A stretch of DNA of 63,544 bases, filler included, from Octopus bimaculoides (GCF_001194135.2; 7 parts of 6 records of this genome joined end to end with filler, not necessarily neighbours in it); one strand, 5' to 3'; positions 49,210 through 63,529 are shown, counted from the first letter of the whole stretch. Notes: generated from the letters alone by a model not told the origin. Translations and numbers: made by a program.

Positions 49210-51700
49210 ATTATAAACACCAATAGTTCAAGTTAACAACTTCCTCTAAACTTAGTACACTAAAATCACACACAATTGAGAAAAAATCAGCATCAGTTAA
49301 CTAAACAAAGGTAATAAAATAATATAATAAACAGCAGAACGCAAAAAACAGTAAATATTTGTACTTAACATAAACCCAAAACTAACAATAAAGCGTTATA
49401 TGAATTAATTAGTACCATCAACAACAGCAGCAACAAGAACAACAACAACAGCAACAACAATACACTCTTCGTCATAATAACAGTACGTCAAATAATGCAC
49501 CTTCATTGTAACACCAAACAAAACCCTTAACAGATATTTGCCTAAGGTCGGTCTTCAAAATAACAAACAAAAAACACTAGAACACAACGGAAAATAAGTA
49601 CCATCAGCTTTTTGACCGCTTCCGCCTATCGGACATTTCGAAACCAATAAGGAAATGTTAAAAACAAAAAACAAAAAAAAATCAAAAAGAAATTCAAAAG
49701 CCTAAGGACCAGACAAATCCACATACACCGAAATCACTAAGCCATATCCTCAGAAAAGGAATCCAAATGAATCACTCAACACACCAGCATCTGTTGACGC
49801 TAGTGAGTGTGAGGAGATCCTTCTCGCATGTTGGTGTGCTTACGTCCCCGTAACTTGGCGGTTCGGCAAAAGACACCGATAGATTGTAAGTACTAGGCTT
49901 ACAAAGAATAAATACTGGGGTCGATTTGCTCGACAAAAGGCAGTGCTCCAGCATGGCCATAGTCAAATGACTGAAACAAATAAAAGAGGAAAAGGATAAA
50001 AGTGTTCAATCGCATTCTTTTATTTTTTTCACTCACACAAAAAATACTCAACCCTAAGGGATATCACATAATACAGAATAGAAAACTAATGCCTAGTTGC
50101 CAAGATTTTGTAGAAAAATACTGCTAGGGTCTGCAATTTCCAGAAAGCAGTACCACAAGGCTCCGTCTCTCACCCACTCTTATTCAACCTGTATCTGCAC
50201 GAACTAGACACTTCACGATCATGCAGACAGCTTAAGACGCAGATGACGTCATGTGTTTGTACTCTCGCTATGGTCCACACACTTCCCGAAAAAATTCTCG
50301 AAGCCTACATAAACCACGTAGAAACCTGACTCCACAACAAGGCGTAAAGTATTGCTTTTCAAGTTCACTGCTTCTCTTTTTACCAGCCACACCGAGAAAG
50401 ATCACAAACGCATTCAGCCTTCAACGACTTATACTAAATACACACACACGTACGCGCGCGCGTACACATACAGAGAAAAATGAGAGAGAAAGTGAGAGAG
50501 ACAAAAGAAAGAAATACTAAGAGTTAAATACAACCCAGAAATTGCAACTCGCATAAATGACATAATACTTAACTACGAAGAAAATGAAATACTGTACCGT
50601 ATATGGTCACAGGTTAATGCACAGCTTACACTCACAAACCACGTAGACAGCGAAATAGAAAAAAGAAATAGAAATACAAAAATTGAAAAAAGAAACACCT
50701 AAATATGTGGATGGGGTGGGGAACAATTTATTGTTGCAAGTGCTTCAACCACCACAGGTCCAAGCACCACTACGTGAAAATCACCTCCAAAACGAACCAA
50801 GGGGGATATATAATAACTAAGAATTCAACAACAACATCTTAGAAACACTGTCTATCCTACTCGGCCTAAATAATCATACGGAACGGATACACATAGCGAT
50901 AGATGCAACATGAATGGTTTCACCGGATCCTAAATCTATGTTGGGATACACACCACTAATAAGTGCAAGGAACTGCAACTGTCGTTCTCCGATAGAGGAC
51001 ATCTTATTCATCTCTAGCTTGACCATCACAAGAATCTACGAGTGTACAGGAATAAACTGGACAGTGAATAAAGTGCAATATGTTCAGATTTTCACACTGT
51101 GCACCACACGATTCATCCCATGTAGTTGTGCAACATGACTTTGATGTAGGTGATTATATGTCATATCAAGGGAGATGGTTCTATGAACTGTGTCTCCTCG
51201 TTGGGCGGACTACCTATGAACCATAGTACTAAAAACAACAAATAGAAGAATCGCATCTGAGCTGAACATAACCAAAGGTTTTGTTCCACAAACGTTTCAT
51301 AAACATCTGAATATGAATAAGATTAGTTAGAGATGCACTCATCGGCCATCAAGGAATATTTATTGAAAAAATGTGTTAAGTTGTGCGACAACCTCAAAAC
51401 TATTTTTTCCAGTGATCCTTAAAAATCATTCTATAAGAATTATTGTGTCTTTATGGTAACGACCCAAGAAACAAACAAGCAATTTAAGGTTCTCCAATTC
51501 CCGATGATTCAATGACAAATCCAATTAAAGATGATTGTATGCGTACTTTAATGATCTTAGAGGCATCATTATTACTGAATAACACAATAAAAATGAGATT
51601 GTGAACGCTCTAAGCTATATAACAGCGATTAACAATTTAAAGCGCAGCGCACAACTGGAAACTACGAGGGAACTATCAAATTAAATTTGGTTTCACTACA
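49210..51700 (+). mobile_element. Degenerate I-group LINE ORF2 (RT, probable RNase H)
   Basis: KA*GPDK (~49697), KAVPQGSVSHPLLFNLYLHEL (~50144), xADDV (~50237), LTLTNHVDSEIEK...GWG (~50620-50720), and ILFISS....FIPCS (51001-51130, weak RNase H resemblance). Right boundary approximate. Confidence 0.7.
49830..50000 (+). mobile_element. SINE family C tail inserted in the LINE
   Basis: acgtccccgtaacttggcggttcggcaaaagacaccgatag..cagcatggccatagtcaaatgactgaaac. Confidence 0.9.
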
Positions 51701-52924
51701 AGAATATATCAGCCCACATAGAAATCGTATTTGCACCAACATCATTCATTAAAATCATTTCCCCAATTCTTCACAGCCAGCACGTAACCCTGATCTAGCA
51801 TCGTGCCAATGTTCATCTCTTTCTTTAACCAAGAAGATAAAAGTTTTAACCTCGTTTTCAATTAAAAAACAAAAAATGTTTAAAATCAAGGAAGAAATTC
51901 AGACGCATATAAAAACATCATTGTAAAAAAAGAGTAAAATGTCGGAATTTACCGTTCTTAAGTAGCGTACATGGAGATTATATTCAATTGACTTAAATTA
52001 CTGTAAGCATTTGAAATATTTTTATACAAGAAAATANNNNNNNNNNNNNNNNNNNNNNNNNNNNNNNNNNNNNNNNNNNNNNNNNNNNNNNNNNNNNNNN
52101 NNNNNNNNNNNNNNNNNNNNNNNNNNNNNNNNNNNNNNNNNNNNNNNNNNNNNNNNNNNNNNNNNNNNNNNNNNNNNNNNNNNNNNNNNNNNNNNNNNNN
52201 NNNNNNNNNNNNNNNNNNNNNNNNNNNNNNNNNNNNNNNNNNNNNNNNNNNNNNNNNNNNNNNNNNNNNNNNNNNNNNNNNNNNNNNNNNNNNNNNNNNN
52301 NNNNNNNNNNNNNNNNNNNNNNNNNNNNNNNNNNNNNNNNNNNNNNNNNNNNNNNNNNNNNNNNNNNNNNNNNNNNNNNNNNNNNNNNNNNNNNNNNNNN
52401 NNNNNNNNNNNNNNNNNNNNNNNNNNNNNNNNNNNNNNNNNNNNNNNNNNNNNNNNNNNNNNNNNNNNNNNNNNNNNNNNNNNNNNNNNNNNNNNNNNNN
52501 NNNNNNNNNNNNNNNNNNNNNNNNNNNNNNNNNNNNNNNNNNNNNNNNNNNNNNNNNNNNNNNNNNNNNNNNNNNNNNNNNNNNNNNNNNNNNNNNNNNN
52601 NNNNNNNNNNNNNNNNNNNNNNNNNNNNNNNNNNNNNNNNNNNNNNNNNNNNNNNNNNNNNNNNNNNNNNNNNNNNNNNNNNNNNNNNNNNNNNNNNNNN
52701 NNNNNNNNNNNNNNNNNNNNNNNNNNNNNNNNNNNNNNNNNNNNNNNNNNNNNNNNNNNNNNNNNNNNNNNNNNNNNNNNNNNNNNNNNNNNNNNNNNNN
52801 NNNNNNNNNNNNNNNNNNNNNNNNNNNNNNNNNNNNNNNNNNNNNNNNNNNNNNNNNNNNNNNNNNNNNNNNNNNNNNNNNNNNNNNNNNNNNNNNNNNN
52901 NNNNNNNNNNNNNNNNNNNNNNNN

Positions 52925-52959
<35 letters not shown>

Positions 52960-53764
52960 CGAGGGAGGGGAATATATTTGTATTTGGGTGTATATGTTCA
53001 TGTTCCACAACAATACCAATATGGTGTCAACCAACTCCGCCTTGATATAATCATACAAACATAAATACATTGGTCTATGCGTGTGTGAGCGTTTATACAC
53101 ATACACACACACACCTATACATATATATATATATGTGTGTGTGTGTGTGTATGTATGTACGTATGTATATATATGCATCACTTCTTGCGTACTGCATCAC
53201 TTATTGATATCCTGTTGCTTATTTTGATGTCATTGACCATACTTCGAGCTGTGCGGATAATACCGGACTGACTTGGTGCTTCAACTTAAGTACCTAATTC
53301 AACTGATTCTCAATTATTTCTTTTATATACATACATACATACATATATNNNNNNNNNNNNNNNNNNNNNNNNNNNNNNNNNNNNNNNNNNNNTTAATTAA
53401 TTAANNNNNNNNNNNNNNNNNNNNNNNNNNNNNNNNNNNNNNNNNNNNTTACAATTGGAGACATATATATATACATACATACATGCATACATACATACAT
53501 AAATACATGCATACATACATACATACATACATATATACATACATACATACATACATACATACATACATACATGTGTGTGTGTGTGTGAGTGTTGTCTATT
53601 TTTTCTTTTAATATATGTATTTTCTTAGCTCGTTACTTGTTCGCTACTTCTCGCTCGAGGAGAATGGCTGATGAAGGAATCATCTTTTGTGAAATGAATA
53701 GGAACGTTAAAAGCAAATGTTTCCGGTTTATTTTTATTGACAAATTCTCTTTTGTTCATAGAAT

Positions 53765-53792
53765 GGGGGTGGGTGGGTGTGGGTGTGGGGGG
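53765..53792 (+). other. G-quadruplex-forming motif with five G-runs
   Basis: GGGGGTGGGTGGGTGTGGGTGTGGGGGG. Confidence 0.7.
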
Positions 53793-54812
53793 AAACCCCA
53801 AAAGACAAAAAGAAACCCCAAGCAAACAACAAATTCTGTTTCTCTGAAACATGATGATGATGATGATGATAAACCAGCTTCTTCGGCGTCATCATTATAT
53901 CATCCCTTGCAAATTCATCGCTGTAACTGAAGTTACAATACAGGAAACAAAATTCAAGGTTTCCATGTTAAGTGATATTTTTTTTTGCATTATTGTGTGT
54001 GTGTGTGTGTGTGTACGTGTACATACACTCTGTAAAACGGTGTAATTAAATATGTGTTTATTGGTATTCAGGTATTCATGTAGACACTTGTTCTTTTTTT
54101 TCTTTTTTAATGCAGCACGCACATTTTAATCTTCTGTACCTCAAAACTTGTTCTACGGACCTGGATGAGGCTAATATATATATATATATGTATTAATCGA
54201 AGTGTACAGTATTATATATCCATTACGGCCGATCTTACCAATCGGTTTCGCGCTAGGGGTTCAACGGAAAGTTAGGTAACAGTCCGATTATGTAACCCTA
54301 TGTTTCTCAGAGGTAGCAGTTATGGGATGAAATATGGTGACTGTTCTCTATATTTGGAGGTGAACAGACACATCCGGTTTGTGGTTGCTGTGACAAAGAC
54401 GATGAAACGAACCGAGCAGTGTTTAGGTTAAGAGTTATGTTCCTTGGTACCAAAAACATCATCTCTGGGGGTGTTGCAAGTTAGAGCGGGTTTTCTGGAA
54501 AAGCGTTTACGAGAAATGTTGTGTATGTCTATATGTATATACACACATGTATATGCTTATTGATCAAAACAGTTTGATTCAAATTCGTTGGTACTCTTGA
54601 GTTTCAAGCGTGATGCCAGTCTTCAGCCATTTTGAATTTGAATGAAAAAAGTTGATTGTTATTACCATAAGGTGGGCTGCGATAGGTCGAGAAAGGTCAC
54701 GCGGTGTCGTGGTTTGATGTTGGTATATGGGTAACAGAGTATCAACGAATTTGAATCAAACTGTTTTAAGCCATACATGTAACTCCCAATAAATTCTTTC
54801 GTTTGTCCACTC

Positions 54813-54915
<103 letters not shown>

Positions 54916-56770
54916 TATATATATATTGTATAAGCATATTCATATACATACATGCATACATACATACATACACATAAGTATGTATGTATATTTGTATGTG
55001 CGTACGTATATATAGTAAGGCTGTGAGAAGCCTGTCTGAAGAATATTTAAAATATAATAAGCATAAGAACAATACCAGTATCAGTTGGCCTCTTTTAGAA
55101 GTATGAGAGGTTAATGGTACGAAGTTTATTACTAAGACCATGAAAGCCATGCAAAGGCTTTCGAGTCTAAATCTTCAGCGACTCAGCAGTGAGAATTGAG
55201 AGACAATTATCTACTATTGCTTGCCAATGTTCACATCGGCTGTGATTCCGGTATCATCTCCTTACAATTCAAACATGTTACAGCACAAGATTGATCAAGA
55301 AAGATATTAAGTTTAACAAATTGTCCGGCTTTGAAATGAAAACGAAACCAAATAACTAGATAAGAAAATATCTTTACACAATACCTCTAGATATTCGTTT
55401 CTGATTATAATTTTGAATATTATCATTACTGTTACTGTTGTTACCATGGATATTTTTGATTATGACTTTCGGCATTTGAGCATGTCCCAACTATATTAGC
55501 TTATTGTTCTCTCTTCCTCAAGAAATACTGTGTTGACTGGCAGTATTTAATGGCAGTATAGAATTGCAGCAACCGCAGTGATTGAAAAACATTCAAAGAA
55601 TAAAGGATTGCTGAAGAACATATTTGATATTTCTGAGGTCCTTCATTCTTCTATAGCAACACCGTTTATATTCCTGTATAGGCTTTGACACAAGCACTCA
55701 AAAGAAGCCTCCATTAATTATGTACTGTATCTACCGTTTACAACAATAGCACACAAGTCTCCCCATGATAGAAGCATTAGCCTTAAAGGAAGACGGTTTT
55801 TGCTGTGACAGCTTTCGTTTTCTTTATGCTATGCATGGGTAGCATACACCTCGAGGAGGAAGCAAGATCAAGTATTTGAGCCCATGATGTTGATGCAGTT
55901 TTTTTTTTTTCCGCTTAGTCAGACAGGGAAGTCCAGTACCTATGAAGAAAACTTCCTTCCTACCCTGCTGGAAAGAAGTTATCTTCAAACCGGAGGTCTG
56001 GCGCAAATGCTTGCAACAGAGTTCACTCTGTTTAAAGACACCCAAAGCTGTAAGGCTGTTATTCTGAGCAACAGGTTAGGTCAAGCATCGAAGAACTCAA
56101 ACTGTAAAAATACAAAAACAAAAACAAAAAACAGAACAGATAGCCCAAGACGTTTTAACATATTCGTCAGTCACGCCTGATATTTGAACATTTTCGTTAA
56201 TCCACCAGCCTGGATTGATTTTATGGATCCCAGAAGGATGACTTCTGCGCGATTTGAATTCAGATCGTAGGAATCCGGAATAGATAGTGCGTGCCACTTA
56301 TCCTACGTTTTAACAACTCTGTCAATTCGCTGTTTATGTTTCTGTTAGTGCAGCTGTTAAGCGACCATTGAAACTAATACTGTGTCCATTGCAGTTGTTA
56401 GGGCAGCCATTAAGCTGGTCTTGCTTTAAACATCTCCAATAACGGATTACAGTACATGCAGCATCTGTCTCTCTTTGGCTAGAGGCACTTATAATTCCGA
56501 CTTTAACTGTTGATTTCTTTTCTACATACATGCACCCCAAGAAATCTACATTCTAAAAATGGAAAAATGGTAAGTTATGGTCGTCATATCCTTCCATAGT
56601 GTAATATCGGTGCGAGTGAATTTTATTGGCTCCACCTAGAAATCGAATCTGGCATTCCTTCTGGACGCACCTAAACTGTAGAGTACTTCTAGCACTACAT
56701 CACTCGCAATAACTTATAGCTTTAATTACTGGTTTCTAATTACCACACTAGGCTGAAAATTTACAAAGAA

Positions 56771-57656
56771 ATGGTTAAATTGATCGAGTCGATAGTCAGT
56801 TATTTATTTCATTGATTCACAGATACAGAAAATTCAAATTCGATTCGATTCCAGCAGATTTTGAACTTAGATTCGCAAGGGGATGTAGTTAAATACTGCC
56901 GGTAATTTAATTCGCCATTTTTGTCTATTTCTGCCAACCTTTTTTCCCGTCTAGCTTCGGCAAAAGGCTCTATCTGAGAAGAAGCAGTATGAATACCAGT
57001 ATTCTCAAAACAGTGAGCCGCAATAAGTTTCTTGAGATGCTGTGAAGCTTTTAAAAATTCATGCTAATGCTTGAATGTCTGGAAAAACGTGTTATTCATT
57101 ATTTGTTACATACATTATTATGATTATATGATTAATAAAACAAGTTAAATAAGGGTTTTCTATGTACAAATCTATTTTCTATTTTTAACTTTAAATTTAT
57201 TTAACTTTCCATAGAAAGTGCCCTAATGCACAGTTAATTCTTTACTTAATCCCCACTCCACCATGACGTCAAATAGATCGGGAACCAGTGCCTTATACAA
57301 TCTAGTTTCTTTTCTTTCTTTTCTTAATTGAAATACCACGTTTCTCAATTTCAGTTTCTAAATCAAAGATGGAGAACTTTTTAGTTCCAGCGATGAACTA
57401 CATGTGCATATCATGTTTGGGTACTTAAGCACAGAGAAAAACAATTTTTTAGTTATATAGATTCATATGGTTAAATTGATCGAATCGACAGTCAGTATTT
57501 ATTTCATTGATTCACAGATAAACAAAATTCAAATTCGATTCGATTCCAGCAGATTTTGAATTTAGATTTGCAAGGGGATGTAGTTAAATATTGCCGGTAA
57601 TTTAATTCGCCATTTTTGTCTATTTCTGCCAACCTCTTTCCCGTCTAGCTTCGGCA
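56771..57656. repeat. Local direct duplication of ~190 bp (56771-56962 and 57467-57656) derived from a decayed family B SINE
   Basis: The two copies align almost base for base and share mutations absent from other family B copies. Confidence 0.9.
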
Positions 57657-58439
57657 TTTTGCTTAAAATAGCATTATGAACTTCGAGCTTAAATTGTTTT
57701 AATCATATGATGTTTTATTAGTCGTCGATAATATGTGGTTTCAAGCTTCAATATGGGTGAAAGTTTACCTGCTCTGAGCAGTTGCTCGATTTCCTAACCG
57801 CAGCATCTAAAATCTAACCTCAAATTACACCACCCCGACTTTAAAAGGAGGAGCGCAAAACGCATCACATACAATCTGGGTAACAACCATCTGATTTGAT
57901 AATTGTTTACCTACAAATATCAAATCTTCATAAAATATTGGGTGTATTTTGTTCTTTGTTTTGCGTTTGCTTATGTCCTCGCGCGCGCGTGTGTACATGC
58001 ACACACGTGTATATGTATACAAACGGAAACAATGAGCATCCAATAGTTTATGTTGAGATTTGTTAATAAGTAATTATAACGATAATTTTTGGGGCAATCT
58101 GTCCGCCTGTAGCATAACTTCCGGGTTGGTGTTCATCTTTCCCCGTCTCTTTCCCCCTCTGTATGCATGTATATATGCAGGTGTGTACACAGACACACAT
58201 ATATTTCTCAACACTGTCGTTAAAAACATTAGAATAAAAATATGAATCTCTGTTCCGTCAATGTCTCTCTCTCTTCTTCTCACCCTCCCCTCGGTCTTTC
58301 TCTGCATCTATAACGATGCACATATACACGTACACATAGTTACATATATACTAATATGACAACAGTATTGTCTGTCTGTTTGTCTGTCTATCTCTCTCTG
58401 TGTCTGTCTGTATGTCAGTATGTATGTATGCCTGAATGT

Positions 58440-58822
58440 GTGGAGGCGCAATGGCTCAGTGGTTAGGGCAGCGGACTCGCAGTCATAGGATAGCGGTTTC
58501 GATTCCTAGACCGGGCATTGTGAGTGTTTATTGAGCGAAAACACCTAAAGCTCCACGAGGCTCAGGCAGGGGATAGTGGCGAACCCTGCTGTACTCTTTC
58601 ACCACAACTTTCTCTCACTCCTACTTCCTGTTTCTGTTGTGCCTGTAATTCAAAGGGTCAGCCTTGTCGCACTGCGTCACGCTGAATATCCCTGAGAACT
58701 ACGTTAAGGGTACACGTGTCTGTGAAGTGCTCAGCCACTTGCACGTTAATTTCACGAGCAGGCTGTTCGGTTGATCGGATCAACTGGAACACTCGACGTC
58801 GTAAGCGATGGAGTTCCAACAA
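58440..58822 (+). mobile_element. Full-length SINE family A
   Basis: Reverse complement of 15211-15587; probable TSD ATGCCTG(A/T)ATGT on both sides. Confidence 0.95.
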
Positions 58823-59344
58823 TGCCTGTATGTATGCATGTATATGCATATTTATATGTACACAAAAAAACATTTCTCAATTAGATTTTTTCTCAATTGG
58901 ATTCTTAAAGACATATAGTTAAATTAAGATATAACTATTGAAATTTCTTATTTAGCTTTATAATTTCCTCAAATGATTTTAGTAGTCGTACTGAGAAATT
59001 TTAAAGTTCTTATCTGTGTATATAGTTTCATACATACCGAGAAACAGATGACAATTAATACTGTTGCTATGGGCATAAGAACGAAACGATATGTACGTAT
59101 AATATGTGAATGTCATTATATAAAGACAAAGAGAGACAGAAAATGTGTGTGAGAGAGAGAAAGACAGAGAAACAAGAGATGAGACAGAGAGAAAGAAATA
59201 ATTCTTTTTTATTCTTCCAATGTTGTAATAAGCTATTTATAAAAGATCTATCTCTCTAATTACTTATCTACTAACTAATCTTCTTTCCTCTACATTGTAT
59301 TTGTCCCATCTTCGTTGAGCCCTGTGTGGCTAATAAAAGAAATG

Positions 59345-59394
<50 letters not shown>

Positions 59395-59848
59395 ATCTAT
59401 CTATCTATCTATCACTGTTTTTACCTCGAGCTATCAACCCACACATTTAACTAAGACAACTCCCAGGTTCTGTCCTCAGTTTCCTCCAATCATTTAATAC
59501 ATAAGGATTATTTTTCTTGTCTTTTTATATTACTCAACTATATAGAATAGTTGCTAATCCATACAACGAGTAGCATAAAGGAAATAGATGAGTAGCATAA
59601 ATGAATAAATTAAATCAATGAAGTTAGAAATTCATTTAAAAATTATTTATACAAAAACTAATGTACTTAACCGGTTTCACATTTTTGTGATTTTAAAAGT
59701 GCGAGATGTGAGTGATGTGGAGGTGTTTCGCAAACTGTATAGTTTCTGAAACATACATACATACATACATACATACATACATACATACATACATACATGC
59801 ATGCATGCATGCATACATACATGCATGCATACATACATACATGCATGC

Positions 59849-59957
59849 AGGAATGGCTGTGTGGTAAGTAGCTTGCTTACCAACCACATGGTTCCGAGTT
59901 CATTCCCACTGTGTGGCACCTTGGACAAGTGTCTTCTACTATAGCCTCGGGCCGACC
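59849..59957 (+). mobile_element. SINE family C head, running into a gap
   Basis: ggaatggctgtgtggtaagtagcttgcttaccaaccacatggttccgagttcattccc..ctatagcctcgggccgacc. Confidence 0.92.
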
Positions 59958-60968
59958 NNNNNNNNNNNNNNNNNNNNNNNNNNNNNNNNNNNNNNNNNNN
60001 NTTAATTAATTAANNNNNNNNNNNNNNNNNNNNNNNNNNNNNNNNNNNNNNNNNNNNTTACATGGCAATTATTATAGGACCTCTTCCCAAGACTAGACCA
60101 CAGATCTCTTTGACTGAGGTTAAATAATAAAAAAATGAAAAAAAAGAGAAAAAAATTCTAACCAACCATTTTTCATCTTTCAGAAGTAGAGAGATAAATC
60201 GTGATATAACCTGTAGTGAAATATATAGATAGTACACTGTTTGATGTGGCTGCATGTTATGTTATCACAAGAGTTTATACAGAGATGAAAGAATAAATAT
60301 AAGATCTATACATTTACTACATAAAAATATAATTCTTCTTTCAATCATAATACATAGAATCAAATTGTAGTAGTTAGCTGAACGAAGTAATCTGATGCAT
60401 GAAAGTGCNNNNNNNNNNNNNNNNNNNNNNNNAAGTGACGGCTCTCAGTCATATCAGCTATGAAGCATAGAGAAATAGATGGACATAGCAACGATGTAAA
60501 TGGCTCTAAGTCTAATCAACTAAGAAAAGCTGGGTTGGCAAGCTGTTTTTATCAATGGAATGCTAGACATTCTACAAACTTCCAAAAGAAACGCCAAGCT
60601 TCTTGAATAATTAAAAATTAAGTTTCGTGGTATTGATGTTTCAAGAAACTTAGGAAGGGAGATTACTCTATGATCCTTCTTGCAAGGGAGATCATTCAAC
60701 TATTTATCTATACCTCTACAAACCTATTTGAAACAAACATATAATCAAACATTCCATCTGCGTTTACTTTCAACACAANNNNNNNNNNNNNNNNNNNNNN
60801 NNNNNNNNNNNNNNNNNNNNNNNNNNNNNNNNNNNNNNNNNNNNNNNNNNNNNNNNNNNNNNNNNNNNNNNNNNNNNNNNNNNNNNNNNNNNNNNNNNNN
60901 NNNNNGTTTAAAATTCATACGTTTACAAAATTCCAAATTTCTTGGATTAAAGAATTGGAATTAATATT

Positions 60969-61215
60969 CTAAATACAGTAAGTTAGGTCACAGCGATCTT
61001 TGAAGCAGTTGACAATGATGCTGCTACACCAGTCTTTGGGTATGACTCCCTCATGTACAACCTGGTTAACTATATGGGTGATTAGGCCATAACCCACACC
61101 ACCTGATATTTTAAGCATCTCATCAGTGATTCCTGAGGGGCCTGGGGCTTTCCTGGTCTTCATGGCTTTACCTACCATGATACTGTCTATTTGGATTGTC
61201 AGTCCTCCTTTGGGA
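60969..61215 (-). mobile_element. RTE-like LINE reverse transcriptase N-terminal fragment
   Basis: KAMKTRKAPGPSGITDEMLKISGGVGYGLITHIVNQVVHEGVIPKDWCSSIIVNCFK matches the KAPGPDG..EMLK....G.IP.DW..S.I RT domain. Confidence 0.88.
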
Positions 61216-62465
61216 TCCACAGTAGGCAGACTCTCTCTNNNNNNNNNNNNNNNNNNNNNNNNNNNNNNNNNNNNNNNNNNNNNNNNNNNNNNNNNNNNNN
61301 NNNNNNNNNNNNNNNNNNNNNNNNNNNNNNNNNNNNNNNNNNNNNNNNNNNNNNNNNNNNNNNNNNNNNNNNNNNNNNNNNNNNNNNNNNNNNNNNNNNN
61401 NNNNNNNNNNNNNNNNNNNNNNNNNNNNNNNNNNNNNNNNNNNNNNNNNNNNNNNNNNNNNNNNNNNNNNNNNNNNNNNNNNNNNNNNNNNNNNNNNNNN
61501 NNNNNNNNNNNNNNNNNNNNNNNNNNNNNNNNNNNNNNNNNNNNNNNNNNNNNNNNNNNNNNNNNNNNNNNNNNNNNNNNNNNNNNNNNNNNNNNNNNNN
61601 NNNNNNNNNNNNNNNNNNNNNNNNNNNNNNNNNNNNNNNNNNNNNNNNNNNNNNNNNNNNNNNNNNNNNNNNNNNNNNNNNNNNNNNNNNNNNNNNNNNN
61701 NNNNNNNNNNNNNNNNNNNNNNNNNNNNNNNNNNNNNNNNNNNNNNNNNNNNNNNNNNNNNNNNNNNNNNNNNNNNNNNNNNNNNNNNNNNNNNNNNNNN
61801 NNNNNNNNNNNNNNNNNNNNNNNNNNNNNNNNNNNNNNNNNNNNNNNNNNNNNNNNNNNNNNNNNNNNNNNNNNNNNNNNNNNNNNNNNNNNNNNNNNNN
61901 NNNNNNNNNNNNNNNNNNNNNNNNNNNNNNNNNNNNNNNNNNNNNNNNNNNNNNNNNNNNNNNNNNNNNNNNNNNNNNNNNNNNNNNNNAGACATGAAAA
62001 ACTGAAGTTGTAAGACCTGGTATCAGACTATTCAAAGGATAAAGTTGAAGAATCTGAAAAATTTCACCAGGGGAAGTGAATTAAAAACAAATCAGAAATA
62101 ATAAATAATTTTCAAACTCAAGTGAAATATATCATTTGACCAATTCATTTCCTATACCCAAGTCTTGTTTACATAGATTACATGTAAACATCTCCCATCC
62201 TTTGATGCTGGATTTTAGGTTTGTGATCCAGTTTGAACATTAATCTATCTGTATTATATGCCTGTTGTCATATCATAGACCCATGGTCGAAGATCTGGGA
62301 TCTCAATCACAACTACCACTCCACACTATACTGTGGCCATGTGCTGCAATTATACATTCCACTAGNNNNNNNNNNNNNNNNNNNNNNNNNNNNNNNNNNN
62401 NNNNNNNNNTTAATTAATTAANNNNNNNNNNNNNNNNNNNNNNNNNNNNNNNNNNNNNNNNNNNN

Positions 62466-63283
62466 GGAGTGATCGCTGCCCCCTTCCGGTCAGCGAAAGT
62501 TCAGAAAGGCAGGATAGGAATTGTTCTGAACTGACCCAGCTTTGGGAGGGGGTAAGGTAGCACGATTGAGCTACGGTATTTTGTGATAAATACGAGAACA
62601 GGGATTGAAGCGGCGCCGTTGGCCGGAGGATTTGGCAGCAGTCGAGTTGGCGTATGGAGTTAGGGACAGCAGTTTTCCCGAGGAGTTGGTAGCAGTCGAG
62701 TTGGATGAACAGTGATAAGTCTGACAGAGAGTGAGCGCCTATAGTCAGCAGAAATGCAGAGAGTCTCAGAGAGAGAGAGAGAGACAGAGAGATGGGATTC
62801 TGGCAGCCAAAAGAGATAGCAGTAGTCAATTGTTTACTTCTTGGACCGTACGGTGTTTGTGAAAGAAAGGAAGTTATTACAGTAAAGGTTTGTCTAAATA
62901 TTCTTCCGAGAAACAAATGTACTTGTCGTTAGAAAAAGAACTGTTAACTGTGATGTTAACTTAAAAGAAAACAAAGAAGTGAAAGAACTTTTAAAGGACT
63001 CGATGTACGAACTCTTGTTTATGTAATGATTGCAAACCCTTGATTATGTTTACGCAATGTTATGCCATGTATTGAATTTATTATTACGCAATGTTTTATT
63101 CTGATGTATTGATGTAATGTTTTATTCTGATGTATTGATGTAATAAGAAAAGGTTAGTTCTGCTACCCAGCGTATGGTCTCCGTGTTGTTTCTTCACACG
63201 CACAACTGTACGTTGGCTGTTCCCATGGTCCTTCTATTTGTGAATCCGAGGGAAGGACGAAGAATGTTGTCTACCAAGAGACA
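62466..63283 (+). mobile_element. Possible LTR (solo or 3'), left end lost in a gap
   Basis: G-rich enhancer-like repeats (GCAGTCGAGTTGG x2), an AT-rich block with a 26-bp tandem duplication, and a candidate ..ACA end. No PBS, PPT or coding evidence seen. Confidence 0.3.
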
Positions 63284-63500
63284 CTCCAATGATAACAACG
63301 GCAACTTCAACTGCTCCAATTTCAACTCCGCAATTTTTTCATCGTCCTGCCAGCCCACGTAAGTCCAGTCTTGCTTTGCTCTCCTTACTAACTCACCATG
63401 ACATTCTTTTTTTTCTACCAAGATCCGTCGCCCAAACAACACTTCGTATCCACTTCTTCCTCTTTTTTATGTCTTCGTTTCTCTCTTCGCGTCTTCTCTG

Positions 63501-63529
63501 ACCGGGTGAAACCGAGCTTAGCTGCTAGT
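63501..63529 (+). mobile_element. Helitron-type 3' terminus
   Basis: CCG-GGT-GAA-ACC-GAG hairpin, then CTTAGCTG, then CTAG|T. Confidence 0.55.

Noticed and set aside
56334-56540. GCPNNCNGH, EGF-like fragment on minus strand
   Set aside because: The following cysteines of an EGF module are absent and no splice sites frame it.
58440-58515. tRNA-Arg-like head as a tRNA gene
   Set aside because: It is the 5' part of a multi-copy SINE and lacks a proper acceptor stem.
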